Positions 26,414 through 40,734 of a stretch of 64,000 nt of DNA are shown here, one piece after another. A program made the translations under genes and the position numbers. The notes under the pieces are model-generated. The model was not told the origin of the DNA and searched no databases. It saw only the letters and a program-made list of their open reading frames with translations. Source of the DNA: Geosiphon pyriformis uo1 (lineage: Eukaryota; Fungi; Glomeromycota); the NCBI GenBank assembly GCA_016748015.1, contig JAAOMT010000577.1, forward strand, positions 416,666-480,665. The letters are read 5' to 3'. The first letter of the stretch is position 1, and the number at the start of each line of letters is the position of its first letter.

Positions 26414-27279
26414 TGTTACAGATGATTATTTGGAGTCTCAAATCAAATAACAGATCCATAACTTGGTGCTCAATTGATATATTGATGTTAATCTCTGAAG
26501 GTTGTTTTATATCTGAAGGTTTTTGTTGGTTAAGTCTTTTGTATAATGGACAAAGAGTTATTTGTTGTTTTTTCAGTAGTCTCCCAGAATTACAATTCTG
26601 TCAAATTTTTTTCTCAGTGTAATAGCTGGTAATTTGACAGAGATGTCTTTCTGGTAAGTTATTCTTAAATTCTCAATGTTATATTCTTCCTTTGGGGTCT
26701 TTTACCAGGCTACCCTTGATGTCAATAATTTAGCAGTTTTCTCTTTAATTAATTAGTAAACAAAAGAAATACAAAAGAAAATACAAATAAAATAAAAAAA
26801 TAAGAAAATAAGCCAAGGTGATTTGCACATTAGTATCTTATTAATAGCCATAATCAAGAGCTATTGTTTCTATATGGTTAAGTATCAATTACTATCAACA
26901 TAAAGTGTTAATAGTGGAGAGTAGATTGAGATAATGAATAATAATTTTATTAATATTTGTAAATAGAAGATTGCTTAAATCAAATCTAAACTGAGAAATC
27001 TGTCTTTTCTATTTCTAATACTATCAATATATATACATAATTGAGATTCTTCAATTCCTCAATTTTTTACACCAGGAATCTTGGGATTTTTGGAATCTTA
27101 CAATTCTTTTGAGAAGAATCCTGGGATTCTAAAATCCTGCAATTTCTTGTATGAAAATTCTGAAATTTCTGGAATCCTGCAATTTCTTTGAAAGAAATCC
27201 TAGAATTCCACATTTACTATGGCTACTTTTAATTGGCTAATTTATATGCTGATATACTTCCTATATTCTATAAGTAACA
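26414..27279 (-). repeat. Element A 5' LTR
   Basis: Direct repeat of 16318-17197, followed on the - strand by tt + PBS. Confidence 0.95.
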
Positions 27280-30200
27280 CCATGGATATGCTAAAAGATA
27301 TAATCATTGCTATAGTAACTGAATATGATGAAATAATATCAATTCAATTACAATTGGTTGGGCTGTGGCAGAAGACTATAGTAGAATTCACCAACTTGGT
27401 TCAGACTAATTATTTAGCAGTAAAATAGTTATTCTTAATCAGAAAAAATTTGGTGTGTGTGGCCAAAGCCATGGGAGATCAAAATGTTTGGGCATCAAGG
27501 GATCAGTTTAGAGTGCTTCTGTTTATTTTACTAATAAGAACAACTGCACAAGATCTTGGGACTCTTTTAGAGAGGGCTGATAAGAAAACTTGCTTCATTA
27601 ATTATTTATTAAAAACTGGCAATAGAATCTGCAGTACTGTAGTTTGTTTTAAATCTGATAAGGCATTAGAGTCTGCATTCTATACAGAGCCAATTTTTGG
27701 CAGTATTAAACTCTCTTGGATAAGGATAGATCTGGTGTAGTGTAAAAAGTGTGGAAGGTTTGGTTATTCTACTTTGGAATGTGATGTACCAATTGCATCT
27801 ACTTTTAAGTCTTTAAAAATATTTAAAAAAGTTGCTTTAAATGAACATTGTTTTCAGTTGGCAAAGTTGTACATGAAGAAAAGTGTTTCTATTTCCTGGC
27901 CTGCTGCCTTTGATGACAAATCTTGGGCACAGGTAGTCTTGTTTGCTTCTTATTCTGGTGGTTCTGGTTTAGGTCTTGTTTCATCTTTCTCTGGTATCCC
28001 TTATGTTGAAAAGAGTTTGTCTGTTAATCAACTTGACTCATCTATTTGTGCTTGCTTGAATTCTTTGGAATGTTCCTTGGAGTTGTTGGCAGATCAGATG
28101 TCTGGTATTGTATATAAATTAAACAGTATAAATCTGGTGCCTTTGGTAACTGTCTCTTAAAGTCTTTTTTTTATTGTATCTATTTTAGCAGAAACAAATT
28201 CGAATGTAAATATGGTTTTGGATGATCCACCTATTTTTCCTGTTATTCTTTTTTTGATTGTGGATAATACAGTTTTGGATTTAGGTCTTAGTAGATCTAA
28301 GATTTTTATTACTAAAATAGGTGGATTGAAATTTAAAATGATTACCTTGGAGATTTCTATTGATATAGTCTTGGCAAGATTAGATTAATTGTATGCTAGT
28401 TTGGACTCTTCTGCATTTTTTTTTTCTCAATAAGTGATTTTATCTGAAAGATAGTTATATATAATGTTAGGGTTTAAACAATTTGGCTAAACAAGAGGAT
28501 GTTATTAAGTGGCACATAAATTTATGCAACTCAATCTCTATTTTCATTGAAACAAAGCTTAAAAATTGTGTTAAGTCTTGGCTTAAAAACAAGTTTTCTG
28601 GTTTGAGGATCTTTAGCTCTGGATTAGATTCTGGCCATTTGGGCTTAGAAGTTGTGATAATTTTAAATGAAGATTTTGCTTATCATGTATGCAAAGTTTC
28701 TGAAGTTTCTGGGCATCTTATTTCTATTTGTTTTATTTTTTTGGCAAAATTTCTGTCTCAATTTTGGGTTTGTATGCTAGTGCCTCAGTCAATATGAGAT
28801 TCAACCAGGCTTTTGCTATCAATTTATTTATTGTCTTAGCAATAAATTCAGCTTTTATGTTATACTTTAACAAAAATAGGATGAGATGTTGTACAAGTTT
28901 TAAAAGATGTTCAGAATTGGAATTACACAATACATTTTCAAGCAGTTTTATTTCTAGACTTCTAACATGATGCAATACTTAAAGAGTAAAAAAAACTATT
29001 GATTTCATTTTTATGAGTGAACATCTTTTAGCTGTTGTGTTTAGTGAGTGTATATATAGTGTTTATGAACATTTTGATACTGATTATTTGGTTGTTTCTG
29101 TTTTTGTGGGTTTAGATGACATTCTAAACAAGTGTTTGGCTATGTTGTGTAAACTTGCTAACAAAGACCTTTGAAAATTCAAGTTCAAAGACTTGGATAA
29201 TACTAAATGGGTACACTTTAAGAATTGTATATTTGCTAAAATGTTATTGTTGTTAAGTGATTTCACTGCCACTAAAAAGCATGATAACTTGGATTCTATG
29301 TGGAGATTGTTGAATGTAGTAATAACTGATTTGGTGGATTTTGTTTTCTTTAAATATTGATACAATATTTTTGATTGCTCCAGAAACAAACATTTTTTTA
29401 GGTTTTATAGACTTAAATTATTGATTGCTAAGTTGATCAAAGCATTAAGCTTAAGCAACAGTTCAAGATTTACCCAACTGATTAAAATGTGGTTAGTTAT
29501 TAACAGTAAGAAGTCCTCTAAGATTTCCAGTTTAATTGGTAATTGTGCTAATTCTGTAGATGTTTTCAAACAATTGTCAATGGCCAAAAAATTTTATCAT
29601 AGGGCTAAGTATAGAGAATTTGAGTTAGCTAAAAGTGTTTCTATCAACAAAGCTATCAAGAAGTACATGGATGATTTTGTTTCAAGAAAAAAAAAAATGA
29701 TTAATAGTATTCTGGATCATTCTTTTTGTAAGGTTGTTCTTGATTACTTAATGATAGGTGAAAATCTAATTTTAAAACTGGCTAAAGTAAAACTCAAAGT
29801 TGATAAAATAATGGTTAATTAGACAAGAAAGCATATGATTCCTGTAATCATGCTTAATTTGTGGTCTTGTCAGTATGCTTCTTTGGGCTATGTAAAAAAT
29901 AACACTTTCTCTAATGTAATGAATAAGATCAATTTGACTGATTTGGATATGGTCATTAAGATTTTACTTAATGATAAAGCTGCTGAACTTTTAAATATAT
30001 TAAATGAACTTTGAAAGCATTGTGATAATATAGTAATGGGTTGTCTTTTGGACTTGCTGAATGCTTGTTTTGTGTATGGTAATGTTCTAACTTCTTGAAA
30101 CTGTGTCTGGATTTCAATGATCTCCAAGCTCTATGATTAAAACAGAGCATTTTATTAATACATAACCAATTGCTTTAATTGAAATTGTTCATAAAATTTT

Positions 30201-32030
30201 GTCAAAAATTCTGTCAGACCACATATCTTCAATTTGCAATGATTTTAATGTTCTTAGAAGTGACAATTTTTTAGTCCTGAAAAGCACATCAACTCAATCA
30301 CCTGTGTTTGTTATTGGTTTGATAATGGAGAATGTTATTAAGAAAAAAAGAGAACTCTGATTGGTTTTACAAGATATATGTAAGATTTAGAATTTTGTGG
30401 AGTGGTATCATTTAGAAGCTATATTAAAATATGTAGCAAATTTATTGGGTTTTTCAAAAATATTTACTTGAACAAAACCAACAGAGTTATGACTAATTTT
30501 GGGCTCTCAGATGGCTATAGAGTTTTAGATGGGCTTAACCAGAGTGAAGTGTTTTCTCTATTTTTCTGGAAGATTTTTTATGATCTTCTTTTATGTAAAA
30601 TCAAAAAGCATAAATGTTTGTATAAATACAAAATCAACTTGAGATTTGTTGTGAAATCTGGTAAAATAGAATCACAAACTGAGATGATATTTCATTTTGT
30701 TGCTAAAGCTTTTGTGGACAACACAATTTGGATGGACAGCAGTTAGGTTACCACTCAATACATCCTAAACATAACCAGTAAATTTTTTGCTCTAAATGAT
30801 ATTTTTATAAATACAAAAAAAACTATTGCCATTTTTATCAATTAAAGGGTCAAAAATATTTTTTTGTCTATTAATGATTTGCCAATTGCTGTGGCTAAAA
30901 AAAATAAATCTTATCAGTACTTAGGTATTTTTTTGTCAACAGAAAGGCTTTTAAAACCAAGTTTGATTAAGGCATATTTTAATGTGCATTTTTTTTCAAA
31001 CATGGTTCTATACAAGACTATCTCTGATAAGCAATTTTGTTATCTGGTTTCATTTGTTTTGTAATTCATTATCAGCTATAAAAAGCAATTTAGTTTTATT
31101 CTTGACAATGTTTGCTCTAAGTGAGATGCTGTGATTAGAAAAGACTTGAAAATCAAGACATATCTTCTTTGCAATTTTTTTATAATTGTTTTGTCACACC
31201 TTTTTTTGTATAATGTCAAAACATTTAACCAGATATAAGTTGAGATTAAGTCATTGTTTGTTATTAGTTTTGTGAATGCTCTTAGTATTTTGAGATAACT
31301 TTTCATTTATTGGTGTTTGGATTTGTATGTCACCAATTGGTTACCTGTTTATCTATTGTGTTGTTCTATTAGATTGCAAGTTGATCCTAAGGATAATTTT
31401 TTAGCTGGAATTGTGAAAATTTTTTTATTTTGTGGTTTGTCTTTTTCTAATCTACTGAATGCTTTTTGTTACTCTGATGAAATGCCAATTTCTGAAGTTT
31501 TTGAAAGTGGTGTTTTCTTTGAAATTACCCATTCTTTGAAGTGGTATGGAATTGCTTTTATTAAACAACTGTTGAACAGAAAGGGTGTCTATTTTAATTG
31601 GAAGTGTTTCAGACATTGGAAACATCTGGATCCATGTGGCCCAGTTTTGACATGATTTAGTTTAGTAGTTTATTTTTTGGATGCCAGATTGCCTGTAGTT
31701 AACTTTGCACCATTTCTGTCTAATAACTAATCCATCAACTCTGTTATCATTAACTCTATTGGCAGAGCTAGTGCCAGTTTTTTGGATTCTGGTTCAGTTT
31801 CTTTTGATGTTTACACAAATAGTTCTGTAAAGCATTTTGGTTCTAATTCTGTTGTTGCTGAGGCTGCAGCTTTTTTTCTTAATGTTAACATTGGTGTTAA
31901 AGCATGTGTTTATGGTATTATGTTATCTATTTTGGCTGAACTTAAGGCTATTGCTCTTGCACTTGCTTGCATTCCTTTGGAAAGTAGTGTTGTCATTTAC
32001 TCTGATAGTCAAGCTGCTATTTCTGCATGT
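27280..32030 (+). mobile_element. LINE3 middle part: rest of ORF1 (to 28433) and ORF2 APE-RT-RNase H (from 28430)
   Basis: Resumes at MDMLKDII; AKQEDVIKWH..ETKLK; AFVDNTIW; DVYTNSSV..AELKAI..YSDSQAAISAC, where element B cuts it. Confidence 0.9.
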
Positions 32031-32868
32031 TGTTACAAGTAATTATTTGGGGTCTCAAGTTAAATAACAAACTCATAATTTGGTGCTTAATTGATTTAAT
32101 GACATAGATCTTTGATGGTTTTGATGATCTGAAAGTTTTGATTGAATTTTTTGTATAATAGACAGAAATTCAATGATAATGTTGCCATTGTTAGTAAGTT
32201 GTTTTCCCAATTTTTTTCTTCAGCTGGATGCTTTTTTAGTAAACTATCTATTAATATCTATATAATATTACTCTTTTTTTGGGTCTTTTACTAAACTATC
32301 CATGACATTAATAATTCAGCACTTAATCCTTAATGAATTAGTAACACAACAAAATAAAATAAAAAAAATAAAAGAGATAAAAAAAAGATAAAAAAAATAA
32401 GCCAAGACAATTGCAAGTAAATATTCTATCAATAGCTGTGATCAAGAGCTATTGTTCCAGTGTGGTTAAGTATCAATTACTATCAACATAAAGTGTTGAT
32501 AGTGGAATGTGAATTTAAATAAATAAATAATTATTTATTGATATTTGTGATTTGGAAGATTGCTTAAATTAAATTTCAACTAAGAAGTCTTGGTAATAAT
32601 TCTGTCTTTTTTGCTTCTAATACTCTTGTTATATATACATAATTTAGGTTCTATAAGATTGCTCACATTCCCAAACAATGTGTTATGATTTTTTGAGCAA
32701 TGTGTCCTAATTTTTTAACATTGCTCTATATTGTTGAACAATATGCCTTAATTTTTAACATTGTTCCATATTGCTTGAGCAATGTGTTCACATGCTCACT
32801 ACTATTCTCTTATTGGTCTATCTGTTTTTTTCTACTATTTTTTTTCTATGTTTTTTCTATGAGTAACA
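32031..32868 (-). repeat. Element B 3' LTR (U3 with GAGCAATGT/ACATTGCTC repeats)
   Basis: tgttacaag...gagtaaca. R/U5 is homologous to the A LTR; U3 is different. Confidence 0.9.
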
Positions 32869-32881
32869 TTATCTCCTCTTT

Positions 32882-33400
32882 TTAATATTAAGCTTCATCA
32901 AAATTTTTACTTTAAATTAGATCTAATACTTTTTTTTCTAATACTGTTTGTTCAACTTTGTTTTTTATATTTTCGATTTGTGTATTGTTTATTTTTTCTT
33001 ATTGGTTAATGATAATTGTCTCTATATTAGAGTGTAACAATATTTTTAAGTAGTTTTGAAATATTATGTGTAGTCAATAGATTGCTTTAATGTGTAGTGT
33101 TAGATTTGTTTTCTTTCTAATAATGTTTTTAATGTTATGTATTATTTTTTGGTTGAATATCTTTTTGAATTTATCAAGATATAACTTTTGAATATCTAAC
33201 TTTTGTCCTAACTAATAGTAGCAGTATGGTATTGGAAGTTGTTTTGTTCATTGCTTTTAATTTTCTTTTAATAGTTCTTCTGTTGGCACCATGATAGATA
33301 TTTTCCCAAAAGTTTTTTTTACTTTCTCTACTATTTTATCTGACCAGTTTATTGATTGTTTTTGTGATCACTAATATGGTGTACTTTTTTTTTGTTTGGT
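32882..33400 (-). pseudogene. Element B ORF3 (divergent variant, N-terminus deleted)
   Basis: PYCYY-LGQKLDIQKLY...IKAIY-LH..FQNY...IIINQ-EKINNTQIE...EA-Y*. Confidence 0.7.
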
Positions 33401-36400
33401 TTCAGATCTTGTAGAATCTCATCTGGTTGGACTAGTATTTTCTATACTTCTAATTGTAAAATATTACTGGTAGATAGTAATACTATATGGTAATATGGTT
33501 TCAATTAATCACTATGTGCTGCTTTGATTAAAATTTTGTTGTTTAACTTTAATTTATAAGCTCTATTTTTAAGAATTTTTTCTATGTGAAATGATCTGTC
33601 CCATTTGGGATCAAATTTTCTACTCCATTGTTTTTCCACTTTGGTATAATGTAAAAGTACTTTGTCTCCAATCCTGAATTCGATTGGTTTATCTGGTAGT
33701 TGGTTATCATGTTTTTTTTTTTGTTTTTTTTGTAACTTTTGGATGTTATCAGCTGTTTTTTGTCATTTGTTTTCTAGAGTTTCCATTAAGTCATATGTTT
33801 TTCTTAGCAATGTTTCCTGTAAATTGTCTTTAGTTATTGGTTTTGTTGGATAAGTGTTGACTTTTATTTCAACTGGTAATGTCACTGTTCTACCATATAC
33901 TAATTCAAATGATGTTGCTTATGTAGTGTCTTGCTTCATTGTCCGGTAAGTGAATAATACTGATGATATAAACAAATCTTATTTATCTTGGTTTTTTTGA
34001 CTGATCTTGGTGATTGCTTCACACAATGTTTTGTTAAATTTTTTAACTAGTCTATTGGTTTGTGGATGATATGGTGATGATAATGGTCTTTTTATCCCAA
34101 ATTTTTGACTTAATTCTGCCAATATTTTATTTACAAAGTGAGTTCTTTGATCTAATAATAGTTCTTTTAAACATCTATGTCGACAGATCAAATCTTAATG
34201 AAAAAATTTAACAACAAATTTTGCATCTACTCTTTGAATGGCTTTTGCTTCTGGCTATTTTGTGAGATAATCCATGACTACTGCAATATATCTGTTGTCT
34301 CTACTGGTTATGGTTAATAGTTTGACTAAGTCAATTCTGATGTGATCAAATAATTGTTCCACTTTGATTGGTCTCAATGGTTCACTGGATTTTGCTCTTC
34401 CTCTTCTTTAACAAGCATCACAATTTTGAACATATTAGATGATGTTTAGATACATTGATGACCAATAGTATCTTTTTCTGATTCTTTTTATGGTTGTTTT
34501 TTTATAAAAATGTTCTGTTGTTGGATCTGAGTGTATGTTGAACAATATTGTTTTTTTCTCTGGTTCTGTAATTACTCTGGTTGGTTGATCTGGACTTTTT
34601 CTGTTTTTCCAGTAAAGTATATTTTGATGATTGATAAAATATTTTGATTGTTGTTTTATGTTGTTTTGTTCTTTTTAAGATAATTTCTCCTTAAACAATT
34701 GGGTATTTATATAATATTGGAGTTGTTGATATTTTTGTATATTCATCTTTTGTTATATTTTTTGTTGACTTGTTCTGGTTTTTCTATATTTTTGAGTTGA
34801 AATGTTTTTAAATTTGTTTTATTTATGACAAACTGTCAGTATTTCCGTTGTCTTTTCCTTTTTTATAATGTACTGTAAATGTATATGATGATAATACTAT
34901 TTTCTATCTTGCATGACAATTATTTTCAAATTCCTAATTTTGAATTGAAATCAATCCCTTGTGATCTGTATACACATCAAATTTCTGGCTTAAGTATTTT
35001 TTTCATTTCATGATTGTCTAATAGATTGCTAAGTGTTTTAGTACTAGTGTTCTATAGTTTTTTTCTGTTGAATTCAAGCTTTGGCTGGCATATGTTACTG
35101 GATGTTTTCTTCCATTCAGTCTTCTTTGTGACAGTACTGCTCCTAATGCTTGGCCTAATGTATTAGTAGTGATAATGAATGGTTTATTGTGGTCTGAATA
35201 AATCAGTACTAGAGCTTGAATAAGCTTTCTTCTTAATGTGTCAAACACTTCTTGTTGAGCTTCTGTCTATTTTTATTTTACATTCTTGGTTTGTAGATAA
35301 TAGAGTGGCTGAGCCAGTTTAGAAAAGTTTTTGATAAAATAGCAATAATAGCCTGCAAATCCTAAAAATGCTCTTAGTTTTATCAAGTTAGTTGGTACTA
35401 AAAAGTTCTTTACTATTGCAATCTTATCTGAATCTGTTTTATTACCATTTTTGCTCATAATATGTCCCAAGAATTTTAGTTCTGTCTTGTCAAAAAAACA
35501 TTTGGTTGTATTTAATTTTAATCCTGCTCTTCTTAATCTTTCAAACATTTGTTGAAAATGATATAGATGGTTATCAAATGTCTTAAAGAACACATTTGTG
35601 TTGTTTAAATAAACAACTACTGATTTTCACAGTAGTCCAGTATAGACAATTTTCATGAGTTGTTGGAATGTTGCTGGAGCATTCATCAAGCCAAATAGCA
35701 TTACTTTGAACTCAAAATTCCCTTCTCATGTTGTGAAAGCTGTTTTTTTTTTATCTTCTGGTTTCATGGCTATTTGTTAGTAACCACTATTTAAGTCTAA
35801 CATTGAGAATTATTTTTTTTCTCCAAAAGCATCAAACAGTTCTTGAATCTTTAAAGTCAGATAGCTATTGCCTTTTGTTACTCCATTTAATTTCTGGTAA
35901 TTCACACAAAAGTAGATTTTTCCATTTTTCTTATGGACTAGTACCACTGATGATGACTATGGACTTATTAATGGCTGAATTAGCCCATTGTCAAGCATTC
36001 AGTTAATTTCTTAATAAATAATTTTATGGCTGGTTGGTGGTACTCTGTATGCTCTTTGTTTGATTGACATTGTATCTTCAGTTTTTATCTGGTGCTGGAT
36101 TATGTTAGTTTTGCCAAATTCGTTTTCACTGGCAAAAATGTTGTTGAAATTATTAAGTAATATCTTGAGCTGCATATGTTTTAATGGGTCTAAATTTTCC
36201 AAGTTCATCTGTTCCAATTGTTCTGATTGGAGCAAATAACATTTTTCTCATCTGTATATTGTTTGTAATATAATATCCACATATCTATATAGTTGTGGAA
36301 AGTTTGGAATAGTGTTTGGCAGTTGGTCTTTAATTTTGATAGTTAAATAGTCAATGATAATTCCTTTTGGTATTTCAATGATGTCTCCTGTGTTGTTATA

Positions 36401-36619
36401 GATGGAAATTTTAATGTGCCTGTGGTTCTTGGCTGGTATGTATAGGTTGACTAATCCAATCTCTCCTGATTTATAAAGTGTTGCTTTTGCTTCAAAAATT
36501 TGTACTTGATTCTTTATTTTTCTTTTTATGACTACTATATACTGGTTATATGGTGGAATGGAGATAATTTCTCTCTTGTCAATAATCTCTTCCTCTGTAA
36601 TATTGACTAGTATATCTAT

Positions 36620-37015
36620 TCTATCTGTGGATTCAAATCTCTGTATCCCTTTTGCTGTAATCCCTAATTTTTTTCTGTTTCTCACTGATACTAATTGAGC
36701 TATTTTTACCAAAGACAGAAATATTGTCTGTGCTATTTTTTTATTTGACTCTATTATATAGGTCTTTTCTGAATTATTTTGTAGCATTGCAATAATATTT
36801 TCCACATATCTTGTATCAATTATTTTTCTTTTAATATTGATTCCCTTCTCTGCTAAACTACTTCTCAATGTTAGTTGAATTATTGTGGTTGCTGGAATTT
36901 CCAGTACTATTTTAAAATCAATGTTTATACACAAGTATAGTTCTAATTTGATGGCATCCTTTCTTGGATATCTCAGATCAAACCTGGTATTAGTATTATG
37001 CACATATTTTGACAT
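36620..37015 (-). pseudogene. dUTPase domain of element B pol
   Basis: Trimeric dUTPase motifs 1-5: (A)(G)FDLRY, RSSLAEKG, IIDT(G)YVENI, KIAQTIF, (R)GIQ(G)F(G)ST. Confidence 0.85.
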
Positions 37016-40000
37016 AAAATTTTCATTATTATCACTGAATCATTTTAGTTTCTGCTCTTTAATAAAATCAGGGAAAATGATGTATTGTTTGGGGTTTGAA
37101 TTGGAGTTTGAATCATTATTATTTTGGGTGCCATATTAAATGAAGCTGGAACTATTGTTATTGTTGTCGTTATTGTTGGAATTTTAATTAAGATTGACAA
37201 TTAATTCCAATTCTGATACACAGCTACTGATTGGTTTTTTTTTTTCAAAGATTGTGTAGATCATGTAAATTAGTGAGTTGTAAATAAAGTCACACTCATT
37301 ACAATATTGGAAATCACATGGAATTAAACAGTAATCACATAATTGAATGTTTAATTGTGTTAAATACTGCTCTTATTTTTCTTTTATGAGTGCTAAATTT
37401 TGTTAGTGCTCATAAAACTCTTCTGGACCTGTCTTTATGTTGAAAAAAGCATCTGAAGATGATGTCAACTAGTTTTAGAGGATTATATACTGGTACAAAG
37501 CATCGCATATTTCTTTTTAACTAGGAATGTTATTTTACATTCCTTTATCGAGCAACTGTTTTCCACACACAAGACATGATTTATTGTCACACTTTTCTTG
37601 ATGTTTAGGATAATCATAGTGTTTGCAGTGGCAAGGCTTGCAATAATAATGGGTTTTAATCAAGTGGTCTTCATCAAATACAATCTATGCTCCCATGAAA
37701 GACAGTTTTTTTTTGCAGTTTTTATACTTGAGAGGTATATATAGTAGTTTTGGTCTGGTGTTAATAGAATATAATCTTCTCCAACCACTAATTTTTTCAG
37801 TCGTTATTTCTTTTTATGGTTTTTTTAGGTAGGTTTTTTTTCTTTTCTTTCCTTTTATCTTCTTAGGACAAAATTAATGGTAGCTCATTGTGGTCTTTAT
37901 TGGTCCAGAAAACTTGGTAAGCTTTCCAAGTAGGTTTTTCTTTTTTTTCTTTCAGTTCAATCAATGGTTGTTTTTTCTTTGAAGACGCTGAAATGTTCAC
38001 ATATGGCTGGTGCTCAAACATGTTGACTATTTTGACTGAGCTGAAGCTTCTGCATGGTTCAATCAAGTATAATATTGGTTTTGGATAACCAGTCATCACC
38101 AATAAGAGTTTGGTATTGTGTGGTTTCTATTACCAAAACTTTGATTGGTACAATAATGCCATTGACTTTGATAGGTAAGTTGTCAATTTCACCAATAGGA
38201 GTTTTGGTCATTCTATAAGCTATAATAATTCTGGCACTGGTGGTACAATCAACTTGGTAACCTAATTGGTTTATGAATTGTCTTGTAATGATGCTACCAG
38301 CTAATTTACTGTCTAAAATTAGTTTGATAGAATGGCCATCAACTTTGGTATCAGTATACATTGTAGTGATGAATTTGGTATTAAGAGCAGTTTTATTAAA
38401 TAAAGATGTTATTGTTGATGTCTCAAAATCAAAGAAAAAAATTGCTGTTAATGATTTGTTATTGGTGACAGTGGCTGGAGGTATGTTGTTGTTGATTGAT
38501 CTCTTTAGGTTGTTTTCAAGTCATTGGTTGAGACGTTTTTTGGGGTTACTAAGAGACTTAAATAGTTCTGGAAGTTTGGGTTTTAAGTGTATCCAGTTCC
38601 CAAACTTTGCTGACAAAATCTTGATTGTTGGGTAGATGAATTGAAGATCAGTTGATAAACAACTATTGTCAATCTCCAGTTTTGTTGAATGGTTCTCAGT
38701 CTTTGGTTTTTAAGTATTATCAGAGTTGAAACTGGTGGCAGTATTTGAATTTGTTGGGGTTGATATATTACTTGCAGCTGTGGTTAATAAATAACTGGTG
38801 CTAAAGTCTGATAAATGAGTGGTTAATAAATTGGTGGCTGTGTTACTAGTAAGTAATTTGGTTAATATAGTTCTGAGTTGGATTGATATCTTGGAGTTTA
38901 AAACCAGTGATCAGAGTTTCGATATTGATTTTCAAATTATTAGTTATTTAATCAATGATGGCAGTCAATTTGCAGGTGTCTTTGTTTACCACAATAGTGA
39001 CAAACACATATTTCCTGTTGCCACTGTTGATTGGTCAATGATGATGAGTGTGATTGATTTTGGAAACAATTTGAGTTTCTCTGATTATTGCATCATTGTG
39101 GAGATTAATAAATTGCTCAATTGTCAGCTAAGTATTCTTTTAATTTCTGATTGATCAAATTACTAAATTGTTTCAATTTAGAATCCAAGTCAGATGATTC
39201 ATTCATTACTAGATTCACAGCTTGGACATGATTGGTTTCAAGTTCTACTGCTTTAAAATCTCTGGTGTTTATAACTGTGGCTTGTAGGTCTACTGGATGC
39301 AATGAGCATACATGTTGAAAAATACTATTGTGCAGGCCTTTAATGAACTGGTTTAAGATTTATGGTGTAGTAAAATAATCCACTTTTATTGTCTAAAATT
39401 GGTGCAGATTTCTATAAAAATGTTCTAGATAGTAGTAACTTCTTCTACATCTCCCTGTTTAATAGTGGTAAAGATATTGACCAATCAGTTGATGCTATTA
39501 TTGTTACTAAAGTATCACAAAAACTTAAGCTTAAGTGCATTAAAATCTTGGAATTTGTTAACCAAGCTTTGATATTATGAATCAACAGTATCCTGAAAAA
39601 AGTATGAGATGGCTTGCATGGCTCTGGCATCATTCCATTCATTGGCTGCAATGGCTTTTTTAATATTGTTTAGCCACATCTGGGCATCATCTTTTTCACT
39701 GGTAAACTTTTCAATTTTTACAATTGGTGCATATGCCATTGAAGCTATGGGAAGTTGTTGTTGTAGTTATTGTAATTGCTGAAGAGGTTGCTGAAGTGGC
39801 TATTGTGATTGTTACTGAGGTAGTACTTGTAGCTGTTAAATCAATTCAATTGGTGGCTGATTGATCATGTTTATTGGAAGTAAGTTTTATTGATTAATTA
39901 TGTTGGAATTTGGATTATTTAGATTTTCCAGAGTTTGAATATTCAGAGTTTCAACTTCTGGGTTTTCTACAATCGGGTTTTGATAATTAAATTCCTAATT

Positions 40001-40734
40001 GTTGTTTTTTTTTTCTTCTGATTCAGTTATTTCCTAAGGACTTGCAATTCTGAAATCTGGTGAAAGTGGTGGTAATTGAAATTTTGATGGTGTTAGTGAT
40101 CGCAATTTAAATTTCTCAAAATATTTGCCATAGGTTTCTAATAGGTTAGCTTTTAATTATTTACTTTGAAATAGTATTCATGCCAATGGTGTTTTCATAT
40201 TTAATGTGGATGTGTCTGCTGATGAGATATTAATGATACTTCTGAGTGTATAGTGATATGATAGATTGGTTGGTAATTCAAGTCTTGTTTTCTTCTAAGT
40301 AGATGGTTGTATTTCTTGAGGTGTTACTGCTGATGTTTGTAATTTTTTTTACCTTTGTTTGTATAGGTAATTGAATATCTTTGTTGAGTGTGATTTTCAA
40401 TTTCTCTATTGATTTTAATGAGAATTGCCATAAAGTTATAATTTACTGGTAGGCTGGTGTTTTGAATTAATTTATTGTAAAAATTTTCTCTTGTTGAGTT
40501 GGTTTCTATTGGTACACCTAGCAAATATGAGATTCTTTTATTAATGTAGAAATTGAAGGCTGATTCTGCTGATAAGTAATTGTTGGTTAATTCTAAGTAT
40601 TGACAGTAGTGTTGAAACAAGGATTTGGCAAATCCTAAATGGTTTGTTCCTATTCTTTCTGATTCTGCCACTTTTGGATGATTGTTTACTGGTACTGGTT
40701 CTCTGTAGAATTATATCTTATAGAAAGCATCAAA

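Larger units (their letters stand above)
16318..27279 (-). mobile_element. Ty3/gypsy LTR retrotransposon A (full length, decayed)
   Basis: Paired TG...CA LTRs; 4-bp TSD ctat/ccat; PBS TGGTGCTCC (26411-26403); PPT AAAAAAGAGAGAATAA (17213-17198); domain order gag-PR-RT-RH-IN. Confidence 0.95.
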
